Positions 41,351-53,908 of a DNA stretch of 64,000 nucleotides are shown in pieces (position 1 is the first letter of the stretch; each line of letters begins with the position of its first letter). The translations under genes were made by a program, and so were the position numbers. Under the pieces are notes generated by a model that saw only the letters and a program-made list of their open reading frames with translations, was not told where the DNA came from and ran no database searches. The DNA is from Octopus vulgaris. Lineage: Eukaryota. Location of the stretch: the NCBI GenBank assembly GCA_951406725.2, contig OX597828.1, positions 56,792,001-56,856,000 on the forward strand. The letters run 5' to 3'.

Positions 41351-41630
41351 CATCATCATCATCATCCATGCCCTATCATTAATCATGCTTTTAAAATAGT
41401 ACCATAATTTCCTGAAAATAGAAGCTAATCGAATTTCAGTTACACTTCGTTCAGAGAAGAATACACGGAGTGCGTGAAGTGTCAGATATACAATCAGAAA
41501 ACATAATAAATTGAATTTATAAAACATATCAATAATGGAAGAAACAATACAAGTTGTAATTCAACTAGAAGTACAAGATTAAAAAATGATGTCATTGAAA
41601 CTAGAGAAAATTAAATTTCGTAAACAAGCA

Positions 41631-41843
41631 GGCGCAGCAGTGGCTGTGTGGTAAGCAGCTTTCTTCCAGCCACATGGTTTTGTGTTCAGTCCCACTGCGT
41701 TGCACCTTGGCGAGGTGTCCTGTACTATAGCCTTGTGCCAACCAAAGCCTTGTAAATGGATTTGGTAGACGGAAACTGAAAGAAGCCCTCCGTATATGCA
41801 TATATATATATACATACTTACATACCCGCGCATATATATGTAC

Positions 41844-41904
<61 letters not shown>

Positions 41905-42125
41905 TGTGTGTGTTTGTGTGTGTGTGTGTGTGCGTTTCTCCCCCTACTATTGCTTCACAACTCACGTTGATGTGTTTACGTCCCCGTAACCGCATGGGCA
42001 GAAGAGATCGTTAGGATAAGTAATTGGATTACAACGAATAAGTCCTGGGGTCGATTTGTTCGACTAAAGGCAGTGCTCCAACATGGCCACAGTCAAATGA
42101 CTGAAACAAGTAAAAGAGTAAAGGA
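41631..42125 (+). mobile_element. SINE family A, full length with internal (TA)/(TG) tract
   Basis: A box TGGCTGTGTGG, B box GTTCAGTCC and an AGTAAAAG-type tail. Confidence 0.92.
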
Positions 42126-44309
42126 GATTTAGAATTAATGTCATTTACCTGCCTAAGATTGGCGTCTGTGTCGATGCATTTTCTACCTTTGTTGTTGAGT
42201 CTAATGGTATAAAATATGTATTTATGAAGTTCAGTGAACTAGACAAATAAATAGATTACTGTTAAATGTAAATGAATGCGGGGTTTCAGCTCACTTTTGC
42301 TTACGATAGTAACTTAACTCTTGTGATTTCGCAGAATTTCGGATCTTTATCACGATGTTTATTTTCTATTGATCTCAATTTTTCATATTTGATTCTCTTT
42401 CATTCAATATTTAAAAAGAAATGCTTTAAAACATAATTGTCAACATTTAGTGCATGACTTATACCTACGCTTTAACAAGAGCAGCTTTTGCAATGCGACA
42501 GTAGTTCAATGCCACAAACAGATCCACAAACAAATACTTTCGATGCAATGTCTGTTTATCGTTTTGTCATTACAACCAGGATACCTACTTGCTTTGGTCA
42601 CTTGCTTGGGCCACTGCTTGTTTTACGACTATTATCAATCGGATACCCTGTCTTACGCTATTTATCCAGAGATAATCAACCACCAACTTGCATTCCGCTA
42701 TCTATACCCCTGTAAGGTTTCACACCACACAATACCAGATTACACTGAAGCAACTTCTGTGGCGTTCATAGACAACTTGATGGATTACCCCCTACTAGTC
42801 CCTGTGATGCCCACATATATCAAGTTCAGAAGAGGCACCAGCCTACCTCAATGGGATCATACTTTGCTTGCCACTCAATAAATTAAGTAGTATTGCAATT
42901 ATAGAAATATCTCCTATGATAAATTCTGTAAGCTCGTGGTTTGCTATTTGTTCACAATAGAAGGAACTGCATTAGTAGAATTTGTGTCCGTGGTATATGT
43001 CTCAGCAAGTAGATTTGAACTATTTCTGTGGCTGATTCCACATTAACAGGTACTTACAGACGGCAGTAGATGCTCTAAAAGACCCCTAAGTATAGTGTTT
43101 TACTCCTTAGAAGATTTCGTTTGTCATAATACTATTACCCACTTCGCTCTACAAAATCGGATTATATTTCCATGTATATCCGAAGTGTTCGATTCTTTCA
43201 TTCTCCATTTATTTCTGTAATGGTGTTTCCAGATGGATTTTAATATTATACCATTTTTAATTTCCTAGCACTGTCTCTTAAAGAGACAAGAGCATTCATA
43301 TAATATTGGTTAAATCTGCTTTCAGAAATTCCACTGCATTATTGGTATGGATTCTCTCATTTGTGCTTGTACAGCCTACCTCTCCTTCATACAGCATTCC
43401 TTCCATTATATATGCGTGATTCAATGGCTAAACATTTCAGATATCTTCATATATCCTTCTCGAAAGTCTGTTCGACTGTTCTCTCTTTAATATGCATTTG
43501 TTTTCTTTTTGTTTTGTTTTTCTTACATAGTGTAATACTCGAGGTCATTTTCAGATTATGCCTATTAAAGTGATAATTATCCAAGCTGCCTAGGAGAATG
43601 CTGATATGTTATTTCAACACTTTTCTTCTTAGATCGGATCGGTCGGCCGGTAGACGTTGTATCAAACAAATGCTATAATTGAAACACGAAATGAAAACGC
43701 TGTTTGGTAAGGCGTATTATTATTTCTTCAGACGGAGATGGTTTTGCTTAGAATAAAGCAATTATTATAATGACATTTTTATTTAAGTTCGATTTATTTA
43801 TTTGTTTTTTTGGCAACAACTCCTGTTTTTAAGTTTATTGTTTTGGAAGGTTTCTTTTAATGCTGGTATATATCGACATCTAAAACAAAAGTAACGTCTA
43901 TGAGACTATATTATGTATAGATTTTCAGTCCTTGCTCGTTGAATGTGTAGCTACCTTTGTAAACCTCGATAACGTATGACCATTTGTATTTCTTATATAG
44001 ACAGAGAAATACATCTCTCCATATAACTTCCAGCAGGCATTGCAAGTATAGTTGGACTACATCGTTAATATCTTGTAAGAAAGTTACATGTTATCATTGA
44101 ATTAACTTATGGCATCAGATTAGTTCACCCACGCAGATTGACGTTCGAGATGTTGCTTTGCGTTTTAGATAAATCCCTAAATCAATTGCATTAATTCTAC
44201 ACAATCTTGAAGCTTATCCTTGTGCCTTTCCCCTTGTATTTTCATTAAGCTATTACTTTACACTACTAAAGACAATACTATTTATGATATTACTTTACTC
44301 ATGCCTTAT

Positions 44310-44435
44310 CTTTCATTTTACTTGTTTCAGTCATTCGACTGCGGCAATGATGCGGCCCCGACTCGAGGAATTTAAAGAAATCAGCTCTAATTATTTCTAG
44401 CCTGGTACTTATTCTGGCACTTTGTCAAACCGCTC
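44310..44435 (-). mobile_element. SINE family A tail fragment
   Basis: TTTACTTGTTTCAGTCATTCGACTGCGGC and GCCTGGTACTTATTCT. Confidence 0.7.
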
Positions 44436-44464
44436 CCAGATTTCAAGGTCCGTGGGGTGTAGAG

Positions 44465-44637
44465 CAGTGAACCACAGCCGGTATTCCGCAGCACACTAGT
44501 GTGCCACGAGTCCATGCTAGACGTGCTATAGTGTAACCTGAATATGAGTTTTCCCTATACTTCTAACTGTATTTATAGTTCAGGTGTTCCGCCGAATTTT
44601 GAAAATAATATAAGTGAAAAAAGGTTGCAGTTCGCTG
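44465..44637. mobile_element. hAT/Charlie-type MITE
   Basis: CAGTG..CGCTG termini, subterminal TTCCGC repeats, and flanks GTGTAGAG/CTCTAATA consistent with a decayed NTCTAGAN site. Confidence 0.6.
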
Positions 44638-45669
44638 CTCTAATATCAAAAAGAAGCCCAAAGACATACACAAGCACATCCGTCTCTCTCTCTCTCTCTC
44701 TCTCGCTCTCTGCTTCTCCCCTGTTACATAATGTGTGCGTGTGTTTCGGCTTGTGTGTGTATGCGTGTGTGTTTGTGCTTGTATGTGTGTGTTTGTGCTT
44801 GTGTGTGTGTGTGTGTGTGTGTACGTGTGTATGTGTGAATATGCAAACTTCAAAGTAAAATGAACATTATTGGGGTTGAGGCGTTCAACAAAAATTCTTC
44901 AACGCTCTGCCACAGTACGGCAGCAATCTAATGAGTGAAAGAAGTAAAAGATACACACACGCACATATGAACTGTATATGAACTGTATGTTATGCGTTCA
45001 TTCTCGTGTGAGGAAAACCGTTGGAAACATAATCCTGCCAAAGTAGTAGGAAATAAACGTTCGTTTGTTTTTAATATTGACACTTTTTAGTCTATTCAGG
45101 CCAATAGACAAGAAAATATCACATTGTCAAACCAATATATTTATAGATATGTCAATCACAACAGATTGTATGACATCGTGGAAACTCTGTAAAGTAAATA
45201 TATGCAACAACATCGAAATATAAATATTTAAAATGTGGTATTTAAGAATAACCACTGTACTTGCGATCATTGCATCTTTTAGGACAATAGCAAATAACCA
45301 TTCTTAAATATTATGTTCAAATACAAGGAAACCGAAAATTATTGCACGGATATGACTGAAACTGATATAAGATAAAATAGACAACGAAGAAAAATAGCAA
45401 ATTTTACATGTCATTGTAGCGCACACATATGACAATGTATCGTTTTCCTTTATGCGAACATATGGCGTTCCTACCTTAAACAAAAACAGAGGTTAAAATA
45501 AAAGCAACCGAGTAAATAGCGGTATTATAGAGAAAGTACACTAGCTGTAATTCTGTCTTCATTTAGTTAATGATTTATATACATAAAATAACAACAAATA
45601 ATTATATAAAATAACAAAAAATATATTGAAGCATATTTTTAATGTTTTTTCTTTAATTTTCTTTAATTT

Positions 45670-46005
45670 TAGAATGCGGCCACGTGTTGCAGCGTCTTGA
45701 AGAATTTCTAGTGAAATCAATCGGTCCCAAGACTTAGTTATTTTGATGCCAGGTACTTATTGTATCGAACTCATTTACTGAGTAGCTACTTTACAAGGAG
45801 ACAAACATACCAACGCCAGTTGTTAAGAGGTGGATTGGACAGGCACAGACAAAGACACGCATGTATATGATGAGATTCTTTCACTTTCACTTTGCTCAGC
45901 CTGAGGCTATAGCAGAACATACTTGCAGAAGTTGATCTGCTGTGGGACTGAACCCAGAACTTGTGGTTGGAAAGCAAGTATCTTACCTTATAGCTACGCC
46001 CGCAT
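45670..46005 (-). mobile_element. SINE family A, degenerate
   Basis: GAGGCTATAGCAGAA..GTGGGACTGAACCCAGAA block. Confidence 0.78.
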
Positions 46006-46670
46006 GTATGGCTGTAATACACAGGTAACTCCTAGGTGTTCATTCATGTGTATCTTGTTATCTGATGAATAATTTTCATTTCAACAAATTATTGCAGAGT
46101 TGATTGAAACAGAAATCACTATGTACGTAAGATATGCAATAGCAGAGTATCAAACGCCCACATTTAAGTACAGCAATCTCTTGGAGAAATCTTATCTCCA
46201 CTTGAATGTGGGAATATGTGAAGAGCTTTAGGTTTAAAAGATATCCATTTAAACCTATATTAGAATCTCTATAAGGAATGTTCTAGGGGGTATTTTATGA
46301 GTGTCGAGCAAAGCGTCTTAAAGACAATTACAGTTAAAGAAATAGATATTATGAATGATACTTTGAAGTAGAAAGAAAAATATTATAATGGTATATGGAT
46401 AAGTTTATGCTTGGTGATGCAATTTACAAAGAGATTACAACAAGCATATTTCAATTTAAATGTATTTGTAGCACAAAAAGGTTATGGTGTTTATTTATGG
46501 ATACAAAGAGAAGCAATTTAAGGCGCCACCAGTAATACGAGAAAGTGAGATAAGAATAAATGTAGTATTATACCCCAGTATATTTCATGACATTTCTTTT
46601 TTATTTTATTTACGTTCATTGGTAAGATCACATGATTTGTCTTTTCTATGATAGTAATTTTAGGAAGTTA

Positions 46671-46689
<19 letters not shown>

Positions 46690-46712
<23 letters not shown>

Positions 46713-47792
46713 TGGTTTTGGGCCAAATTTGTGTGCACATTTTGCTACGTCAGAGGTTGGTGGCCAAACCAGTGGTCAGATCGAGCTGAAAATTGACACA
46801 TGCATAGATGGCGTGATGAGGCAGAGATTTGAGTAGGTTAAAACTCGACATCTGGAAAGTTTCTGTTGCTATGGCGAGAAGAGTGACTTTTAATCGATTC
46901 AAAGGGGCTCTAAGCCCCTCCAGATTGGCGCGATTGACATCTAATCTAATCTATAAAATGAAGAAGGCAAACGTTGATACAAATTAGATTTTTATGTAAA
47001 AAGGGGTTTAAATGGGGCAAGAAGGGAATTAAAATTTACAGAAGAGTTAACTTGAGGAGAGGAATTGATTGGGAGACGTTTTGTGGGGCGCTATAGTGGT
47101 TGCTTTTCTGTGAAATCGGGGATTTTATTGATTTTGGGGGCGACACTTGGGGGTCTAGATTGAACACCTTTTGCCCAAATTTTTAACATGGTAAAGTGGA
47201 AGCGGATTTGTAATTTAAGCGTGCAAAATAGGTTCGAAATGTTGAAAATTCAGGTAAGATTTTTGAAGTTGAAAAGAAATTCTCATTTTTACGTATTTAT
47301 GCCTTTTATTTTTTATTGTTTACAGATTTCATTTTTCTGAAAGAAATTTACATCTGCACGTAGCCCGTGTGTATTTTTTTTTTCATTTGCCTGGTCGATC
47401 GTCGAAAGATTCCAAAAATAAGTACTAAATTTAACAAAGAAATCCTTTTTTCCTTATAGTGGCACATACTCAAAAGTGGTACGTACAAAAGGCAAGTGTG
47501 CTTTCCGTTGTCACTGCCTGATATTTAGGTTTGATCTTTCAAAATATTTTCTTTCTCAACTTACTCAAGATATTTTTTTTTTATAAATGGGATGGAGATA
47601 GATAGAGAAAGATAAATAGTAAGAGAAAGCGAGGGAGAGTCCGAGAGAAAGGGAGAGTAAGAGAGTGGGAAACTGAGAGAGAAAGGAGAAAGAAACAAAG
47701 AAGGAGAATGTGGTGATAAGAAACAGAAAGAAAGCAACAAAAAGTAACAACCACACCCTCACCCGCGCGTAGAGCGGGTCACCTTAAGCTAG
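46690..47792 (+). mobile_element. Non-autonomous Helitron
   Basis: 3' hairpin ACCCGC-GCGTAGA-GCGGGT (47761-47779) followed by CTAG|T; the 5' end is buried in (TA)n. Confidence 0.78.
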
Positions 47793-48883
47793 TTATATGT
47801 TCTACTATAATATATTTTCTACATCTGGGATTTTGGAGGAGGAGACTGGGCGATTACCTCGAACGCTGTGTTTAGATGGTCATTTCATTGGTACTGAAAT
47901 GATGAAAGAGAAAGTTGACCTCGGAGGAATTTGAAGATAAAAATGGATATGTTTGATACCATTTTTCTGGGTATTGAAATGACTACATAACCAATGATAC
48001 TTGTTTGTAATGCTTCGTTTTCTAAAACGTGCTTGCTACTTTTGTTATTCTGACCATATTCTGTATAAGATCAAGACGACTCACTCTATGCCCTTGTCCA
48101 TTTCTTCATGTTACCAACAAGTGTCGCCATCTGTGACTGAAATCAGAAGTATATTAACATGTCTGTCGCACAATAATTAATATATTTCAAATGCGAATCA
48201 ATTAAATTTCCTCTTCGGTATGTCGTTGCACAATCTGTATTTAATTTTAATCCTATCGCACTATACGTAACTGTATTCAGCCAACTAGTTAACTAATCGT
48301 GTAACTATGATTCTAAATGATATTTGGCATCTTTTTAAAATATAAATTTCTGAGCCTTATATTAGATCAACACAAATTCCTTATTCATACTACTTTCTAG
48401 ATTTGTATATTTCAACATCGATATCACGGTTTCCAAAAACTATTAAATCTAATAGCAAACTCAAGAATATAAAGAAAATAAATTAGCTTTGAAATATTAT
48501 GCTTTCAAATCGTTAACGAAAGATATACCAGAAGTAATTGCTAATTGATTTAATTTCTTATAAAAAACGCTCAAACTCCCTCGAATATGTTAAATATTTC
48601 TGATTACCTTGTCAATAAATTTCATTACTTCCAGTTTACACGTTCTTTAATTTATTGATTTCAAATTTTTTTTCCCTTATCCTCGACACGTTTGTTTCAA
48701 TTTGTTCTATATTCAATATATATTTCTTCTAATTTTCGTATTAGTGAAACGGTTCTCTTGTTTTTCTATTATTTTCTTTTCTTTTTACAACAGCATTTAT
48801 CCTTGTTTGTCTCTACTTCAACTCATATACTCACTCTTTCACTATGTTTCCCTCGCTCCATTTCATCTGCCTCTTACCCTATC

Positions 48884-49095
48884 TGTTCTGGCAATGCTTT
48901 TCTTATGAGTGAAGGACTGCTTTCGGCCTGTCATATTCTCGTACTCTAGGTAATGGATGATATTACTGTTTGTATATTCGAGCACGGGATTCGTGTGTGA
49001 GTTTGTGCGTCCGTGTGCTTGCGTGTGCGTTCGAGTGTGTATGTGTACGTGAATGCGTGTGAACACTTGAAATTATAGGGATAATTATAGTGATA
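48884..49095 (+). repeat. ~215-bp duplicated block, copy 1
   Basis: Matches 52603-52815. Confidence 0.92.
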
Positions 49096-50294
49096 TGCTA
49101 ACTTCATCTTAATGTTGCCTCAATACTTTCATTTGTATCTCCTTCTATGTCTTTCTCTCTGTTACTCATCTCAATATATTACTCAAGTACACCCTTCCAC
49201 AGTGTTCCGTAGCTTTTCTACACTGAAATAAACTATCAAATTATGCGGACCATATCTTTCAGAGAATTGGACATCTAGCCAATTGAAATGCACAGTTTAG
49301 GCACAGTTCTATATGCGGTGCCATGCCACTCATTTTGTTGTAATAACTGCCATGCAATTGATTAGTTACTGAGTTCTCGCCTTCGTAACAATATGGTTCT
49401 AAGGTAAGTCTTATTCAGAGAACTATGTGAATGGAATTTGGCAGACATTGTGTCTGATTGTGTGTTTCCTTAATTAAGTAACTACATATATTCATATAAA
49501 CATATTTACATATTGGTACATTTATACACACAAAACCACGCAGATAGATACACTCATCTCTGTGTGTTTGCGTGCGTTTGTGTGAATGTGTATGTGTATA
49601 CGCGCCAACTCATGTTTGTGTATATATATACATATGTGAATGTGTTTTTCTTACATTTGTAAACTTGTAAAAAAGAATTTCGGGTCTACAGGTCGAGAAG
49701 TGATTTATCAAATTCATGGAGATTGATGATGAGTTACTGTAATAGATTCTATGAACAGATAGAAATGTGTGACAGTTCTAACCTGTTGTAGTATTTGTCC
49801 AATGATTATTAAACAAAAAAGAATAGTATTATTCTAGATCAGTATGTGTGGGTGTTCAATATGTATCTGCACTTTTTCTGCATATTTACTTAAACGTATC
49901 AATGACGTTTTTTTAAATATATATTGATGGCGAGGATTTATATAGGTTAAGGGAGGTAACTCTATTTATATTTTTTTCTTCTTTCTTTATCTAAGTATAC
50001 CTTCATTGTGCGTGTTTATACGATAGTCGACTGCTAATTAATCAGTACAACTGCTACACGTATTTCAAATCTGTGATTGATTATTGGATATCCACACCTT
50101 CCTCTCTAAGTGCTTTATATTATTTCAAGCAAGGGGATGAACTCTTTACAACCTATTTATGAAGTACTGACTGAAATACCCAGCGCTGCTCAAACTAAAG
50201 GCACAGGGAATTCATGTTAATCTTCTAATCTCATTAAATTTTCGGGAAATTTCTGAACAAAAGAAATATCTGATTCAGTAACCAACATTTTTAT

Positions 50295-50709
50295 TTACTC
50301 TTTTACTCTTTTACTTGTTTCGGTCATTTGACTGCGGCCATGCTGGAGCACCGCCTTTAGTCAAGCAAATCAACCCTAGAGCTTATTCTTTGTGAGCCTA
50401 GTACTTATTCTATCGGTCTCTTTTGCCGAACCGCTAGCTTACGGGGACCTAAACACACCAGCATCGGTTGTCAAGAGATTTTGGCGGGACAAACACAGAC
50501 ATACAAACACACAGACACACATATATATATATATACATATACATACGTCGGCCTTCTTTCAGTTTCCGTCAACCAAATCCAATCACAAGGCTTTGGTCAG
50601 CCCAAGGCTATAGCAGAATACACTTGCCCAAGGTACCACGCAGTGGGACTGAACACAGAACCATGTGGTTGGTAAGCAAGCTACTTACCACACAGCCACT
50701 CCTACGCCT
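50295..50709 (-). mobile_element. SINE family A, full length and well preserved
   Basis: Reverse complement of 41631-42125. Confidence 0.94.
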
Positions 50710-50871
50710 ATTTGTGGATTTCTGTTTCAAAGTATAGCTTACAATTCTGCCCCCAAATAAACCAGCGACCTTCCCTTCCTTGTGTTAATTAACATGTGTG
50801 AAGAAATGTAAAGTTGAGTTCGAGCGTCTCCCGGAGTAGCTGTAGTTTTCTATAGGCACAGGTATGCAATC

Positions 50872-50944
<73 letters not shown>

Positions 50945-50989
50945 TGTGTGTGTGTGTGTATGTGTGTGTGTGTGTTCGTGTTTATACGT

Positions 50990-51358
50990 GTTTGTCTCCC
51001 CCACTGCTTGACAACCAATGCTGGTTCGTTTATGTCCAAGTGACTTAGCGCATCAGAAAGAAGGACAGGTACATAAGAATCAGGCTTAAATAACAAAATA
51101 TACACTCGGGTCGATTCGCCCGACTAAAACCCCTTCGAGGGCTGCCGCTTCATGGCCGAGCTCCAATGACTGAAGTAAATAGAAGCTAAAATTAAAAAAA
51201 ACAAAAATATATCTATATGAGTGGTTAAGAAGCTAATTTTCCAACTACTTGATTTCGGGTTCAGGGACGTGGCGTGGCACCTTAGGCGTATGTATTCAAC
51301 TGTTCGACCAATATCATGTGAGTGAATCTGGTAAACAGAAATTGTGTGGAAGCACTTC
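50990..51358 (+). mobile_element. SINE family A 3' half followed by a degenerate head
   Basis: GCTTGACAACCAATGCTGG, GGGTCGATT..CGACTAAA and GTGGTTAAGAAGCT blocks. Confidence 0.75.
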
Positions 51359-51463
51359 ATGTATATATATATATATATACATACACACACACACACACAT
51401 ATATATATATACATGTACTTAGATATATGCACACATATATAGGTATATATATATATATATATA

Positions 51464-51845
51464 CTAGCAGTATCGCCCGGCGTTGCTCAGGTTTGTAAGG
51501 GAAATAACTATAAAGCATTTTTAGAAAGTTATAGCCAAAAAATAGCAAAAAAATGGAAAAAAAATGATGGTAAATTTTTTTTGAGAGTTAAAAAAGGTGG
51601 AGTTGCGTCCCCTAGACGGTCTGTGGTTTGGGTTTCTGATTCTCGGCCCCATGTTGAATTTATCGATTTTTTTCAGAACTGGGGGAACTTTTCAAAATTT
51701 TCGCTGCGTTAGTTTTGAATTATGACATTGGGCTATGTGTGTGTCAAGTTTCATCAGAATCGGTTGAAAGCCGTGGTCAGAGTGAGGGTACAACCTAACA
51801 GACACACAGAAACACACACAGACAAACTGCCGTTTATATAGAGAT
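51464..51845 (-). mobile_element. Short non-autonomous Helitron inserted in (TA)n
   Basis: Minus strand starts TCTCTATATAAACGGC and ends with a GC-rich hairpin (GAGCAACGCCGGGCG) then CTAG|T. Confidence 0.88.
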
Positions 51846-51860
51846 ATATATATATATATA

Positions 51861-51910
<50 letters not shown>

Positions 51911-52097
51911 ATATTAATTATAATAAAGGGTTAATTGCAACAAGTTGCTCAAAACCATATACCGAAAATATTAGAAATAGCAGCCAAATAGATCGCTATT
52001 TCTCCTACTAATAAAAAAGTCTCCACAAACAAACAGAATTTGTAACCCGTATATGGCAAAGAGAAAGAAAATAACGAAATCCCAGCCTATTGGATTA

Positions 52098-52154
52098 ATT
52101 ATAGACGAATCGTTTCTGGATTAGAACCAAAGTTCATTTCCTTATCAATATAAT
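52098..52154 (-). ncRNA. Degenerate hammerhead ribozyme motif
   Basis: auuaua-UUGAUAA-gga..gaac/guuc..ucc-a-GAAAC-gauuc-GUC-uauaau; stems pair, core has two transitions. Confidence 0.55.
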
Positions 52155-52346
52155 ATTTCCTATAAATCGAGAAATGCTAGGAAAAAAACTGACTCATTAC
52201 ACTAGGTCGATCAGGGGAAATCGAACGATCTAACTGTCCGCTAGCACCTCTACATTTATATAGACAGGCGAATTCGTATCTCCCTCCAAAATTACCACGT
52301 GAGTTACAAAAACATATATACCTATATATGTGTGCATATATCTAAG

Positions 52347-52408
<62 letters not shown>

Positions 52409-52602
52409 CACATACATATACATACACATATACGTATGCATGCGTAGGCTTGGGGTTGGTTGTATGTTTGTGTCTGTTTATTCAAACTAGTCGCCGTCAG
52501 CTTCCACTGGGACAGGGGTTATCCGTGGGACCTGAACCAACCTCTTTTGTGGACATGGCAGGGGTTCTATCTTCGGACGAAAGGAACATTTTGAATTACT
52601 CT

Positions 52603-52815
52603 AACTGTTTTAGCAACGCTTTTCCTATGAGTGAAGGACTGTTTTCGGCCTGTCATATTCTCGTACTCTCGGTAATAGATGATATTACTGTTTGTATATT
52701 CGAATACGGGATTTGTGTGCGTGTTTGTGCGTGCGTGTGCTTGTGTGTGCGTTCGAGTGTGTATGTGTATGGGCATGCGTGTTAACAATTGAAACGGGAT
52801 AATTATAGTGATATC
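52603..52815 (+). repeat. ~215-bp duplicated block, copy 2
   Basis: Matches 48884-49095. Confidence 0.92.
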
Positions 52816-53383
52816 CTTTTAGATGTCAGTCAATGGCCATCTACCATACTGGGGCATCGAATTGAAAGGGTTAGCCGAACAAATCACCACGAGTATTTAT
52901 TCCATAGGTCCGTTTCACCGAAAAATTAATTTACGGTAACATAATATTCTAGTCGGCTGGTACAGAGACAAACACAGAGAACCAAACATACATACATACA
53001 CACGCACACACGACACACACACACAAACACACACACACACACACACAAACACACACGCATACACATATATACACATATATACACACATATGTATTTGTTT
53101 AAAAAGAGATGATAAACAATGGCTGGCACAATATTGCGCGAAATCTATTAACCGATTGATCTAGCAAGCGGGACCTCATTTCAGTGAGGAGTGAGTTGGT
53201 CTCATTGAGCAATAAAGTGCGTTGAGAGAAAGGCCAGGAAACGGCGCGCTTTCTCTTCTCATGACCACATCAGCTTCATAGCATCTGGTATATGGATCTT
53301 TCAGTTGGTAGCACTTGCATATGACATTTCTTGGCAAGAGAATATCAAAACAAAATTCCTCAATTAAACACTATATTATATAC

Positions 53384-53385
<2 letters not shown>

Positions 53386-53450
<65 letters not shown>

Positions 53451-53453
53451 TAA

Positions 53454-53550
<97 letters not shown>
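53386..53550. repeat. (AAT)n switching to (ATT)n
   Basis: Directly visible; strand switch near 53532. Confidence 0.96.
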
Positions 53551-53551
<1 letters not shown>

Positions 53552-53712
53552 ATGTTTTAGTTTCTTTGTCAAAACCCTTTCGTTACACGTTCTGCGGTCA
53601 CTTCAGCAACTCTTCAAGTAAAAGAAAAGAGCACAAATACAAACAGTATAATATATAAACCCGTATACACCCATAGAAGACATACACACGTATTACTAAA
53701 GAAACAATAGCA

Positions 53713-53908
53713 AAGAAGAAGAAGAAGAAAAAGAAGAAGAAGAAGAAGAAGAAGAAGAAGAAGGAGAAGAAGACGGAGAAGGAGGAGGAGGAGGAGAAGA
53801 AGAGGAAGAAGAAGGAGAAGAAGAAGGAGAAGAAGAAGGAGAAGAAGAAGAAGAAGAAGAAGAAGAAGAAGAAGAAGAAGAAGAAGAAGAAGAAGAAGAA
53901 GAAGAAGA
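53713..53908. repeat. (GAA)n/(GGA)n polypurine tract
   Basis: Directly visible. Confidence 0.97.

Noticed and set aside
42450-42881. 143-aa ORF
   Set aside because: Non-ATG start and no recognisable domain; may be an eroded retroelement but I cannot support that.
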